46,966 bases of DNA from Patescibacteria group bacterium (GTDB lineage: Bacteria; Patescibacteriota; Microgenomatia; 0-14-0-10-38-17), in NCBI GenBank assembly GCA_050947035.1, contig JBMNVW010000001.1, positions 1 to 46,966 of the forward strand, read 5' to 3'. Under the pieces are notes generated by a model. The model worked only from the letters and a program-made list of their open reading frames with translations. It ran no database searches and was not told the origin of the DNA. Positions 27,201 to 34,793 of the stretch are shown here, in pieces. A program made the position numbers and the translations under genes. The stretch's first letter is position 1, and every line of letters begins with the position of its first letter.

Positions 27201-27917
27201 TTTTTCCAAGAACTGATATAAACGATCAATGGTTTTTTCCTGCTTTTCTTGTTCGACTTTGGCCTGTTGAATTTTTCTTTTAGTCTGAATTTCTAACTCC
27301 GTTAAGGCCAATTCTTGAGCCTCTTTGTCTTTAATTTTTTTCTTAACCTCTTCCTTTTCTTTTTGGGCTTTATTCTTTATTTCTTTTATTTTTTGCTTTT
27401 GGCCTAAACTAATTTTCTCGATTTCATTTTTATGATCTCGACCCAAGTTAGATAAAACCTTTTTTCTTTTTTCTTCATCAACCTCAATAATTAGGTAGTT
27501 AGTAAAGTAAATAACTCGCTGTAAGTATTTATTGGAAACACCAAAAAGAATTGATAATGGCGAAACCGAACCCTTAAAATACCAAACATGAGCACAGGGA
27601 GTAGCCAAACTAATATGACCCATGCGCTCTCTTCTAACTCGAGATCGAGTGACCTCAACACCACACTTATCACAAATAACTCCTTCATAGCGACGATGCT
27701 TATATTTACCGCAATAACACTCCCAATCACGAGTGGGACCAAAAATTCGCTCACAGAAAAGACCGTCTTTTTCCGGCTTTAGGGTGCGGTAATTAATCGT
27801 CTCTGATTTGGTTATTTCGCCATGAGACCAAGAACGAACCTCCTCTGGTGAGGCTAGTTTTATTTTTAGAGCCTCAAAGTCGGCAATTTGATCGTTAAAA
27901 TAGCGTTTATCAACCAT
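24204..27917 (-). CDS. rpoC: RNA polymerase beta' subunit
   Basis: ETINYRT, GLFCERIFGP, NADFDGDQMAVH, AAQSIGEPGTQLTMRT, GLKENVIIG. Confidence 0.99.
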   Translation of the reverse strand: MVDKRYFNDQIADFEALKIKLASPEEVRSWSHGEITKSETINYRTLKPEKDGLFCERIFGPTRDWECYCGKYKHRRYEGVICDKCGVEVTRSRVRRERMGHISLATPCAHVWYFKGSVSPLSILFGVSNKYLQRVIYFTNYLIIEVDEEKRKKVLSNLGRDHKNEIEKISLGQKQKIKEIKNKAQKEKEEVKKKIKDKEAQELALTELEIQTKRKIQQAKVEQEKQEKTIDRLYQFLEKKVKSMAFLDFLSEDEYFTLCDHGAGDFFTAKMGAEGLISAIKKLDLKKTLKELKKATKETRSKTKLRKLYQRITLINDLIEAEIDPVWMIMDILPVLPPDLRPMVQLTGGKFATSDLNDLYRRVINRNNRLNNLIDIGAPEIILRNEKRMLQEAVDNLIDSSQIRRRQRSSYRELRSLSEMLKGKKGRFRQNLLGKRVDYSGRSVIIVGPKLKLDQCGLPKEIALEMFKPHVLHEMIIQGLAPNIRSAKVVLEQRPPEVYDVLAKVVKNKVVLLNRAPTLHKLSVQAFYPVLVDGLAIKLHPCVCSGFNADFDGDQMAVHLPLSEEAQVEAIEKMTPSNNLLKPADGSPVSVPSRKEMALGIYYLTTIDPVGKAYSSVLDFNEAILAYQRGKLGLRQPVKAWYQGKEVKTSVGRIIFNKILPEEISFVNENVDSTLLKKIFNQLLNNNDKELVVEMIDKVKDLGFWAGTISGLSVGVNDNLLYPNKDKVIAQAEKRVLEVNESFGQGLITESEKERLAQQIWIETTEELADKTWELFDETSPVKLIIDAKVSRASRDQVKQLSAMRGLLVDPMGNIVPMPTKSNFREGLSVFEYITSARGSRKGLTDTALKTADAGYLTRRLVDAAHDMLVREEDCGTKKGIKISRKGLRAEKFEARVLGRFLAEPVKKGRKTLIKQNEIINEKALSLIKKEKIDSVVVRSALTCQTPYGVCSKCYGWDFSTRKLAEIGTPVGVLAAQSIGEPGTQLTMRTKHSGGVIGADVTQGLPRVEELFETRTPKSMSPIAEIDGKVTIKKKEDGNLIVITNDDDAREYYVPAILELKVKKGDKILAGTQLAAGALDIEDVLKVRGREEAQKYLLAEIQGVYESQGIGINDRHFEVIIRKMSSKVHVSSAGDTDLIIDSDVDWEVFRAENRKARKASKQPAQGKRIVLGISRTALTTNSWLSAASFQTTTNVLTNSSLKGKIDPLIGLKENVIIGRLIPTTPERAKVNEDWLDF

Positions 27918-27989
27918 AATAATTTTTAATTTCTAATTTTTAATTCTTATTGAATTTCTAATGATTTAATTTTTTAAAAATTTCCCCCC

Positions 27990-28070
27990 GTCATCCTGAT
28001 CCGCCAACTGGCGGAGAAGGATCTCATTCCTTGCCTGAACGAGATTCTTCGGGAGTACCCTCAGAATGAC
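27990..28070. repeat. GTCAT...ATGAC palindromic element (81 nt) overlapping the rpoB 3' end
   Basis: Same arms as 23959-24047; contains the rpoB stop codon. Confidence 0.88.
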
Positions 28071-31000
28071 GAGAAAGAGTTGATTTTTTACCTTCAGCCT
28101 TGTCCTTTTTGGTCTTTTTCTCTTTTTTCTTTTTTTTGGCCGCTTCTTTTTTTTGAGCTTGAGTCTTAGGCAAAGAAACAGCCTCACCAGACTCTTCTTT
28201 AATTTCTTCGACCACGTCTTCTGGTTCTTTTTCCACCACTCCTTCCGGGGTTACCGCCAAACTTAAGCTCTTTAACTCGGAAACCAAAACTTTAAACGAT
28301 TCCGGGATCCGCGATTGGGGAATTTGAGTTCCTTTGACAATCGCCTCAAAGGCCTTGGCTCGACCAACCACGTCGTCGCTTTTAATAGTCAACATTTCCT
28401 GAAGGGCATGAGCAGCTCGATGGGCCTCCAAACCCCAAACCTCCATTTCCCCAAAACGCTGACCACCCATTTGGGCCTTGCCGCCCAGGGGCTGTTGAGT
28501 AACCAAAGAATAAGGGCCGATAGAGCGAGCATGGATTTTATCCTCCACCATGTGAACAAGTTTTAAAATATGGGCGTTACCAACTACTACTCTTTCCTCA
28601 TAAGGGGCCCCGGTTCGGCCATCAAAAACGGTTAGTTTATAATCTTCCTCTAAACCGGCCCTCTTAAACTCTTCGGCCAAAAACTTTTCATCAAATTTTT
28701 CAAAAACAGGTAAGGCTACTCGATAGCCCAATTTTTGGGCCGCTAAGCCAAGATGAGCTTCTAAAAGTTGGCCTAAATTCATTCTTGATAACACCGAAAG
28801 AGGGGAAATAATCAAATCAACCGGCGTGCCATCAGATAAATAAGGCATGTCAGCCTCAGAAACAATTTTGGAAATAATCCCCTTATTGCCATGACGACCA
28901 GAGAGTTTGTCGCCAACTTTGATTTTTCTCATTTGGGCTACCCGAACGGTTACCTTTTTATTAATCCCGGAAGGTAATTCCTCATCTTCCTCTCGATCAA
29001 GAATCTGAACCTCAATTACCACACCTTCAACACCATGGGGCATTCTTAAGGATGTATCTCTTACTTCTCGAGCCTTTTCACCAAAAATAGCCCTTAATAA
29101 TCTTTCTTCGGCCGTTAATTCTGTCTCCCCTTTGGGAGCAATTTTACCCACCAAAATATCATTAGCGGCAACTCGAGAGCCAATAACCACAATGCCATCA
29201 TCACCAAGCTTGGCCAACTCTTCTTCAGAGACGTTAGGAATATCGGCAGTCAGCTCTTCCGGTCCAAGTTTTGTATCAGCCACTTCAGCGGTATACTCAT
29301 TAATAGTAATCGAGGTTAATAAATCTTCCTTGACTAAACGGTCAGAAATTACAATTGCGTCCTCATAACCCAAACCTTCATAAGAACAATAAGCAATAGT
29401 CAAGTTTTTGCCTAAGGCCAACTCACCGTTTTCACAAGAAGGACCATCAATAACCAAATCGCCTTTTTTAATCTTTTGGCCAACCTTAACAGCCGGTTTT
29501 TGAGAATAACAAGTGCCGTAAGGAGAGGTGCGAACAAACTTACTAATTGAATAAGTTTCCTCATCGCCACTAATTTCAATATTGTCGTTTTCCTCCTTAT
29601 TCTCTTTGAGCTTTTTGGGTTTGTCAACCTTAACAATTACTTTTTGACCATCAACATAAACCACCTTACCGGCGTGACGGGCTCTAACGGTTCGACCCAA
29701 AGACTGAGGAATAACCGCTTCCATGCCGGTCCCAACCAAAGGAGCATCGGGCTTAATTAAAGGAACAGCCTGACATTCCATGTGTGAACCCATTAAGGCT
29801 CGGGAGGGTTCGTCGTGATCAAGAAAAGGAATTAGGGAAGCCGAAGCACCAACGATTTGGCGGGGGCAAACATCAATCAATTGGACTTGATCGACGGAAA
29901 CGTCTAAAAACTCGCCCTGATATCGAGCCGGGACTAATTTTTCGGTAATATAGCCATCTTTATCAATGGCAACATCATTGGCCGTAATGTAATATTCTTC
30001 TTCATCATCAGCAGGAAGATAAACAATCTCATCGGTCACTTTCATTTTGGTTTTACCACCACGAGTTTCTTTAACTACTTTTTTATAGGGAGTTTCCAAA
30101 AAGCCATATTCATTAACCTTGGCATAAAGAGCCAAATAGGTAACCAGGCCAATATTTTGCCCCTCGGGACTTCGGACCGGACAAACTCGACCATATTGAG
30201 AGGCAGAAACGTCCCGAATTGAAAAGGGGGCCCTTTCTCTGGTTAAACCACCCGGACCCATAACCGACAAACGACGTAAGTTATCAAGCTCGGATAAGGG
30301 GTTGGTTTGATCAAGGATGGTCGAAAGCCTGTTGGTTCGGAAAAACTCATTGATAGCGGCAATAATTGGCTGGCTATTAATTAAGGCGGATAAATTAACA
30401 TCTTGATCGCGAGACAATAAAACCATTCGGTCTCTGATCATCCGCTCAAAACGAGACAAACCAATTCTAAAAGGCACCTGAGAAATTAATTCGCCCACAC
30501 AACGAAGGTGACGATTAGATAAATGATCAATATCATCGATCCTTCCTTCTCCTTCAAGCAAGCCAACTAAATAAGAAAGGGTGGCTAAAAAGTCACCCTT
30601 CTTTAAAACCATCCCATCGGGATTATTTTTGGTTTTTAACCCCAAACGTTTATTAATCTTGTAACGACCAACCGGACTAAGACTATAGCGGCGAGGGTTA
30701 AAAAAAGCATTTTGGAAAAATTCCTCGGCATTTTCAATCACCGCTGGCTCACCGGGGCGCATTTTTTGATAAATCTCGATTAAGGCTTCCTGACGGGTCT
30801 CCGTTGTGTCATTATTAAGAGTGGGAACAATGGTTTCGCCGAGTTGATCAACAATTTCCTGACTACTCATTCCTAAAGCTTTTAGGATAACGGTAGCCGA
30901 GAATTTTCGCCGTCGATCAATTCGAGCAGAAATAACATTATCATTGTTGCTAACAAATTCCAGCCAAGACCCAAAAAGCGGTCTAATTTCCGCTTCATAA

Positions 31001-31461
31001 AGAGTTTTTCCTGTTCGCTTATCTACATCATCGGTAAAATAAACACCAGGGGCACGAGTAACCTGAGAAACAATACAACGCTCAACACCATTAATAATAA
31101 AGGTTCCCCGTTGGGTCATTTGGGGCAAATCAAAAAGAAAAGTCCGTTTTTGCCAAGTTCGGCCAGTCTGAAGGCTGGTTAGAGTAATGTCACAATCAAC
31201 CGAAACCGTGTAAGAAAGGCCACGACGAATAGCTTCTTGGGAAGTAGTATTGGTTTCGGAAATATGATAATCGCCCAAATCCAATTGCCAGCGTTGGCCG
31301 GTCTGATCTTTAACCGGAGAAATTCCGCCCAACCCCTCGGCAATGCCATCTTTTAAAAACTCTTGCCAAGAATCTTTTTGAACGGCCAGAAGATCCAAAG
31401 GAGGCAGTTTAGAATACTTCTTGCCTAAAACAACTTGATTATTTTTTTTATTTACCTCCAT
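28024..31461 (-). CDS. rpoB: RNA polymerase beta subunit
   Basis: GTFIINGVER, DDIDHL, GDKLSGRHGNKG, TQQPLGGKAQMGGQRFGEME; charged low-complexity C-terminal tail. Confidence 0.99.
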   Translation of the reverse strand: MEVNKKNNQVVLGKKYSKLPPLDLLAVQKDSWQEFLKDGIAEGLGGISPVKDQTGQRWQLDLGDYHISETNTTSQEAIRRGLSYTVSVDCDITLTSLQTGRTWQKRTFLFDLPQMTQRGTFIINGVERCIVSQVTRAPGVYFTDDVDKRTGKTLYEAEIRPLFGSWLEFVSNNDNVISARIDRRRKFSATVILKALGMSSQEIVDQLGETIVPTLNNDTTETRQEALIEIYQKMRPGEPAVIENAEEFFQNAFFNPRRYSLSPVGRYKINKRLGLKTKNNPDGMVLKKGDFLATLSYLVGLLEGEGRIDDIDHLSNRHLRCVGELISQVPFRIGLSRFERMIRDRMVLLSRDQDVNLSALINSQPIIAAINEFFRTNRLSTILDQTNPLSELDNLRRLSVMGPGGLTRERAPFSIRDVSASQYGRVCPVRSPEGQNIGLVTYLALYAKVNEYGFLETPYKKVVKETRGGKTKMKVTDEIVYLPADDEEEYYITANDVAIDKDGYITEKLVPARYQGEFLDVSVDQVQLIDVCPRQIVGASASLIPFLDHDEPSRALMGSHMECQAVPLIKPDAPLVGTGMEAVIPQSLGRTVRARHAGKVVYVDGQKVIVKVDKPKKLKENKEENDNIEISGDEETYSISKFVRTSPYGTCYSQKPAVKVGQKIKKGDLVIDGPSCENGELALGKNLTIAYCSYEGLGYEDAIVISDRLVKEDLLTSITINEYTAEVADTKLGPEELTADIPNVSEEELAKLGDDGIVVIGSRVAANDILVGKIAPKGETELTAEERLLRAIFGEKAREVRDTSLRMPHGVEGVVIEVQILDREEDEELPSGINKKVTVRVAQMRKIKVGDKLSGRHGNKGIISKIVSEADMPYLSDGTPVDLIISPLSVLSRMNLGQLLEAHLGLAAQKLGYRVALPVFEKFDEKFLAEEFKRAGLEEDYKLTVFDGRTGAPYEERVVVGNAHILKLVHMVEDKIHARSIGPYSLVTQQPLGGKAQMGGQRFGEMEVWGLEAHRAAHALQEMLTIKSDDVVGRAKAFEAIVKGTQIPQSRIPESFKVLVSELKSLSLAVTPEGVVEKEPEDVVEEIKEESGEAVSLPKTQAQKKEAAKKKKKEKKTKKDKAEGKKSTLSRHSEGTPEESRSGKE

Positions 31462-31496
31462 TAAAAAGTTAAAAAACTCTTATAGCGCCAAAAAAA

Positions 31497-31621
31497 CAAC
31501 CAGGCTACCGATCAAAAGTCAAAAAAAGAAAGGACCATTAAAAAAAACCCCCTTTGTTGATTGGGGATATTTTTTATCCTAACAGTTAACCCGGCTGACA
31601 ATAATTTTTGAAATCAACAAA
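31497..31621 (-). promoter_or_regulatory. Putative structured 5' leader of rpoB
   Basis: Long-range stem, an internal hairpin followed by a T-run, and a perfect 10-nt complement of that hairpin's loop upstream. Confidence 0.4.
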
Positions 31622-31658
31622 ATGACCTTAAATTAAATACCAAAGAAGCAATGAGATT

Positions 31659-31687
31659 AATATAACATAGGGCTAAAAAAATTGCAA
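31659..31687 (-). promoter_or_regulatory. Sigma70-type promoter for rpoBC
   Basis: TTGCAA-17 nt-TATATT with extended -10 TG. Confidence 0.6.
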
Positions 31688-31770
31688 GGGAATGAGCGAA
31701 TAATATCTAGTCTTTTGTATTTTGTATTTAAAAAAATTAATAAAAACTCTTCTTCATTATATTAAACCGC

Positions 31771-32784
31771 CTATCTTAAATAACGGTTAATATTTTCTTC
31801 GTGTTCGGCTAAGGTTTTAGCCAAATGAAGCTCCCCCGAAGAACCTGATAAATAATACCAGTAGGGTGAATCTTGAGGGGCATTGGCAACTGCCTCAATT
31901 GCTCCCGGTGAGGGGTTGCAAATTGGTCCTGGTGGAAGGGCTTTATTTTGATAGGTGTTGTAAGGAGAACTAATTGTTTTGATGTCTTGGCTAGTTGCTT
32001 TCGGCCACCAGACGCATTGGGCCGGATGGCTTCTTTGACAATTTTGATTAGCCAAAGCATATTGAACTGTAGCGTCAACTTGGAGAGGCCAATCATTTCT
32101 TATCCGATTTAATAAAATTCCGGCTATAATCTGCTGGTCGGATTGGGTCTTTGCCTCTCTTTCTGCTAAAGAGGCCAAAACAATTAAGGCCTCCTCGTTC
32201 AAACCTCGGTCTTGAGCTTTTAATAGGGTCGCCTCATCTACCTTGGCCTGATAATTATTTTTAATAATCTGCCAGAAGTTATCCCAAGAAGCATTTTGGG
32301 GAATAAGATAGGAATCGGGCATTAAGTAGCCCTCGTTGGCCTTTAAGTTTTCAAACCAAATTTCATCAAAGCCCGATAATTTTTCCTTTAAAACCAAAGC
32401 GACTTCTTCGGCTCTTGTGCCAGGAATAATCGTTACCCAAACATCTAACGAGCCAGAGATTAGGTTTTTGGCAATTTCTTCAGCTGTCATAGCCGGCGAA
32501 AGTCGAAAGCTTCCGGCTTGAATTTTTTGACTCAAACCTTCTTTTTGAACCAAAATAATAAAAGGCCAAGCTTTTTTAATTAAACCGGCTTTTTCTAATC
32601 GACTAGCAACTGAGTTTAAATTTTCCCCGGAGGAAATAACAAACATTGTTTCTTCCTGGCTGCCTGAATCAACCGGCCCCAAATTAGCCGAGTAAACAAA
32701 AAACCCAACAAGAAGAGCTAAAAAAATAAAAAAACCTCCTGCAAAAAGGAGATTCAAACCGGAAAGTTTTTCCTTCAACAACAT
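31771..32784 (-). CDS. mltG: Endolytic transglycosylase MltG (YceG family)
   Basis: N-terminal TM; EGYLMPDSY, LASLAEREA, LQVDATVQY, SPYNTY, LPPGPICNP. Confidence 0.95.
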   Translation of the reverse strand: MLLKEKLSGLNLLFAGGFFIFLALLVGFFVYSANLGPVDSGSQEETMFVISSGENLNSVASRLEKAGLIKKAWPFIILVQKEGLSQKIQAGSFRLSPAMTAEEIAKNLISGSLDVWVTIIPGTRAEEVALVLKEKLSGFDEIWFENLKANEGYLMPDSYLIPQNASWDNFWQIIKNNYQAKVDEATLLKAQDRGLNEEALIVLASLAEREAKTQSDQQIIAGILLNRIRNDWPLQVDATVQYALANQNCQRSHPAQCVWWPKATSQDIKTISSPYNTYQNKALPPGPICNPSPGAIEAVANAPQDSPYWYYLSGSSGELHLAKTLAEHEENINRYLR

Positions 32785-32807
32785 AAAAATAATGTCTATT
32801 TTCTTTA

Positions 32808-33008
32808 TTAAACTTCTTTAAAGAGGGCCCGGCGATATTTTTTGGTTTTAGGATCGTAAATAAAAATCCGGCCGCATTGGCAAGTTACTTTTTCGGTCTT
32901 ATCTTTTCTTTTAGTTCGCTTGGCTTTTTCTAGAGGTGTTCCACAACCGACACAGCGTTCCTGAGACAACAACCAGGCTTGGACCGGAGCAATAATATTT
33001 TTAAACAT
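32808..33008 (-). CDS. Small basic zinc-ribbon-like protein (CxxC...CxC)
   Basis: CVGC and CQCG; strong SD AAGGAGGTG before the ATG at 33008. Confidence 0.75.
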   Translation of the reverse strand: MFKNIIAPVQAWLLSQERCVGCGTPLEKAKRTKRKDKTEKVTCQCGRIFIYDPKTKKYRRALFKEV

Positions 33009-33068
33009 AGTCACCTCCTTTTTCTTCGAATGAGTTTCTTTTTCAATTTTTTTTCTAATTAACCTTTA

Positions 33069-33446
33069 TTATCTATTATCAGCAAAATAAGCAGCTAAAA
33101 TTTGAGCAGCAGCAACAGCATCAATTCTCCCCTTTCTATCCTTTCTCCTAGTTTGACTTACGAGCATTTTATCAGCGGCCTCTTTGGTTGTCAAAGCCTC
33201 ATTTTGAAAAACAATCGGCAAAGCAAGGTGCTCTTTTAGCTTTTTGGCAAACAGGTTAACTTCCTCTTTTAGGTCCTGGCTGAAACCTAAAACCACCAGA
33301 TCAATCGCCTCATCAGAACAAACCTCTTTTATCGAATCAAAGATGTTTTTATTATTTGGGCAAACTAAAAGAGGGGCCACTAGGCCCTTTTCGCCAAAAG
33401 CCAAACCAATTCTTTTTTTACCGTAATCAATACCAAGATAACGCAC
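33069..33446 (-). CDS. ruvX: YqgF/RuvX family nuclease (pre-16S rRNA processing / resolvase-like)
   Basis: YLGIDYGKKRIGLA, NEALTTKEA, IDAVAAAQIL. Confidence 0.92.
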   Translation of the reverse strand: MRYLGIDYGKKRIGLAFGEKGLVAPLLVCPNNKNIFDSIKEVCSDEAIDLVVLGFSQDLKEEVNLFAKKLKEHLALPIVFQNEALTTKEAADKMLVSQTRRKDRKGRIDAVAAAQILAAYFADNR

Positions 33447-33456
33447 CTTATAAAAT

Positions 33457-33521
33457 AAATTTCTAAATTATAATTTCTAAACCCTAAACAAATTCTAAAT
33501 ATTAAATTACAAATAGCAAAC
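33457..33521. repeat. 7-nt periodic arm at the 3' flank of a four-helix-bundle gene
   Basis: AAATTTCTAAATTATAATTTCTAAACCCTAAACAAATTCTAAATATTAAATTACAAATAGCAAAC. Confidence 0.75.
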
Positions 33522-33523
33522 GA

Positions 33524-33889
33524 TTATTTTGAATTTTCTAAGATTGACCCAAATATTTTCATTAGTTCTGTCGCTTCATTAATTAAGTCTTTTCTTTTCC
33601 TTTCTAGCCCTTGATTATTTTCTATGTCGATTAATTTTAACCAATATCGACTTTCTTTGGCTTCTTTTTTACTAATCTTTATTCTCATAATAAAATCTTT
33701 TTTGCTTAAAGACTCATTGGCCTCAATATAATTAGCCCCCACTGAACCGGATGATCTGATTAGTTGTTTACCATCTTCAAAATTAGCAATTGATTTTTTA
33801 ATATTCTTGATCAACCTTCGACAATCATCAGAAAACTTCAATGTTCTATCTTCTAAATCAAATTGTTTGTGGTTTGAGATTTGATTCAT
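33524..33889 (-). CDS. Four-helix-bundle protein (TIGR02436 / 23S rRNA IVP-like)
   Basis: FDLEDRTLKF, KQLIRSSGSVGANYIEANESLSKKDFIMRIKISKKEAKESRYWL. Confidence 0.93.
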   Translation of the reverse strand: MNQISNHKQFDLEDRTLKFSDDCRRLIKNIKKSIANFEDGKQLIRSSGSVGANYIEANESLSKKDFIMRIKISKKEAKESRYWLKLIDIENNQGLERKRKDLINEATELMKIFGSILENSK

Positions 33890-33892
33890 TGT

Positions 33893-33964
33893 TGTTTGTT
33901 TAGATTTTAGAATTTAGAGATTAGGGTTTGGTTTTGGGACTTTGGGGTTAGGTTGTTGGAATTT
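33893..33964. repeat. 7-nt periodic arm at the 5' flank of the four-helix-bundle gene
   Basis: GTTTAGATTTTAGAATTTAGAGATTAGGGTTTGGTTTTGGGACTTTGGGG..., partly complementary to 33457-33521. Confidence 0.75.
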
Positions 33965-33992
33965 CATTAGGTCAATTAGAATAATTTTCTTC

Positions 33993-34724
33993 TTATCTTA
34001 TTAGTCTGGCTCTAACTACTAGCCGACGAAGATAGGTGCCAGGGGGGACACAGGTGACCATAGAAAGATAAGAATCATCAAACCGCTGTTCTAAAATCGC
34101 CAAATCATCAGGCTTAACCTCCACCATCTCCTCAACCTGATAGCGATAACGAACGCCATCAAAATCAACCAAAATCTCATCACCATATTCTAGGGTTGGC
34201 AAAAGAGAAAAGATGGTCATATAGTCTTTGGGGTTAAAAAACTGAGGCAAAACCGAGTGGCCAAAAATAACCGCATTGCCAAAATCGCCCGGATAGGCGG
34301 TCCCGCCATATTGAATCAAGTGTTGCGATAAATCTTCTCCGCCAACTTGAACAACGGCATTAAAAATTCCCAAGGAGGGAATAGTTAGGCTGTAATAATC
34401 AACCCGGCCACCGGCACCTCGATCGGAACCAGCCGGTAGCCAATTCTTTACTTGGGTTAAGCCTTCATCTGCTCCAGCAACGGAAAAAAAAGACTCTCCT
34501 GAGATATCCCCCAAAACATTATTAACTCCCACCGGAGAATAAGGTCTAATTAAATTATTGGCTTTAAATCGGCGCGAAGATTTTACCTGATAGGAAATAA
34601 TTGGCCAGCCGGCATAAGACAAAGCCAAAAATCCCATAATAAAAACCAAAACCGGCACCAATCTTAGCAAGCGCCAAAAGAAAGAATTTTGCCTTGGTTG
34701 TTTCTTTACGTATAGATAAGACAC
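33993..34724 (-). CDS. Sortase (class D/E-like)
   Basis: N-terminal TM; catalytic GHS, LSMVTC and RLVVRA (His/Cys/Arg). Confidence 0.92.
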   Translation of the reverse strand: MSYLYVKKQPRQNSFFWRLLRLVPVLVFIMGFLALSYAGWPIISYQVKSSRRFKANNLIRPYSPVGVNNVLGDISGESFFSVAGADEGLTQVKNWLPAGSDRGAGGRVDYYSLTIPSLGIFNAVVQVGGEDLSQHLIQYGGTAYPGDFGNAVIFGHSVLPQFFNPKDYMTIFSLLPTLEYGDEILVDFDGVRYRYQVEEMVEVKPDDLAILEQRFDDSYLSMVTCVPPGTYLRRLVVRARLIR

Positions 34725-34730
34725 CGCTTA

Positions 34731-34790
34731 AAAATTTACAATTTACAATTTACAATTTTCAATCAATTTTCAAATAACAATTTTTAATGA
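34731..34790. repeat. 7-nt tandem half-arm (AATTTAC)n
   Basis: AAATTTACAATTTACAATTTACAATTTTCAATCAATTTTCAAATAACAATTTTTAAT fills the whole spacer. Confidence 0.75.
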
Positions 34791-34793
34791 GAT

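Noticed and set aside
24204-31461. Alternative genetic code (TGA recoding as in Gracilibacteria/SR1)
   Set aside because: Long conserved genes are uninterrupted under code 11, and rpoC and rpoB terminate at TGA.
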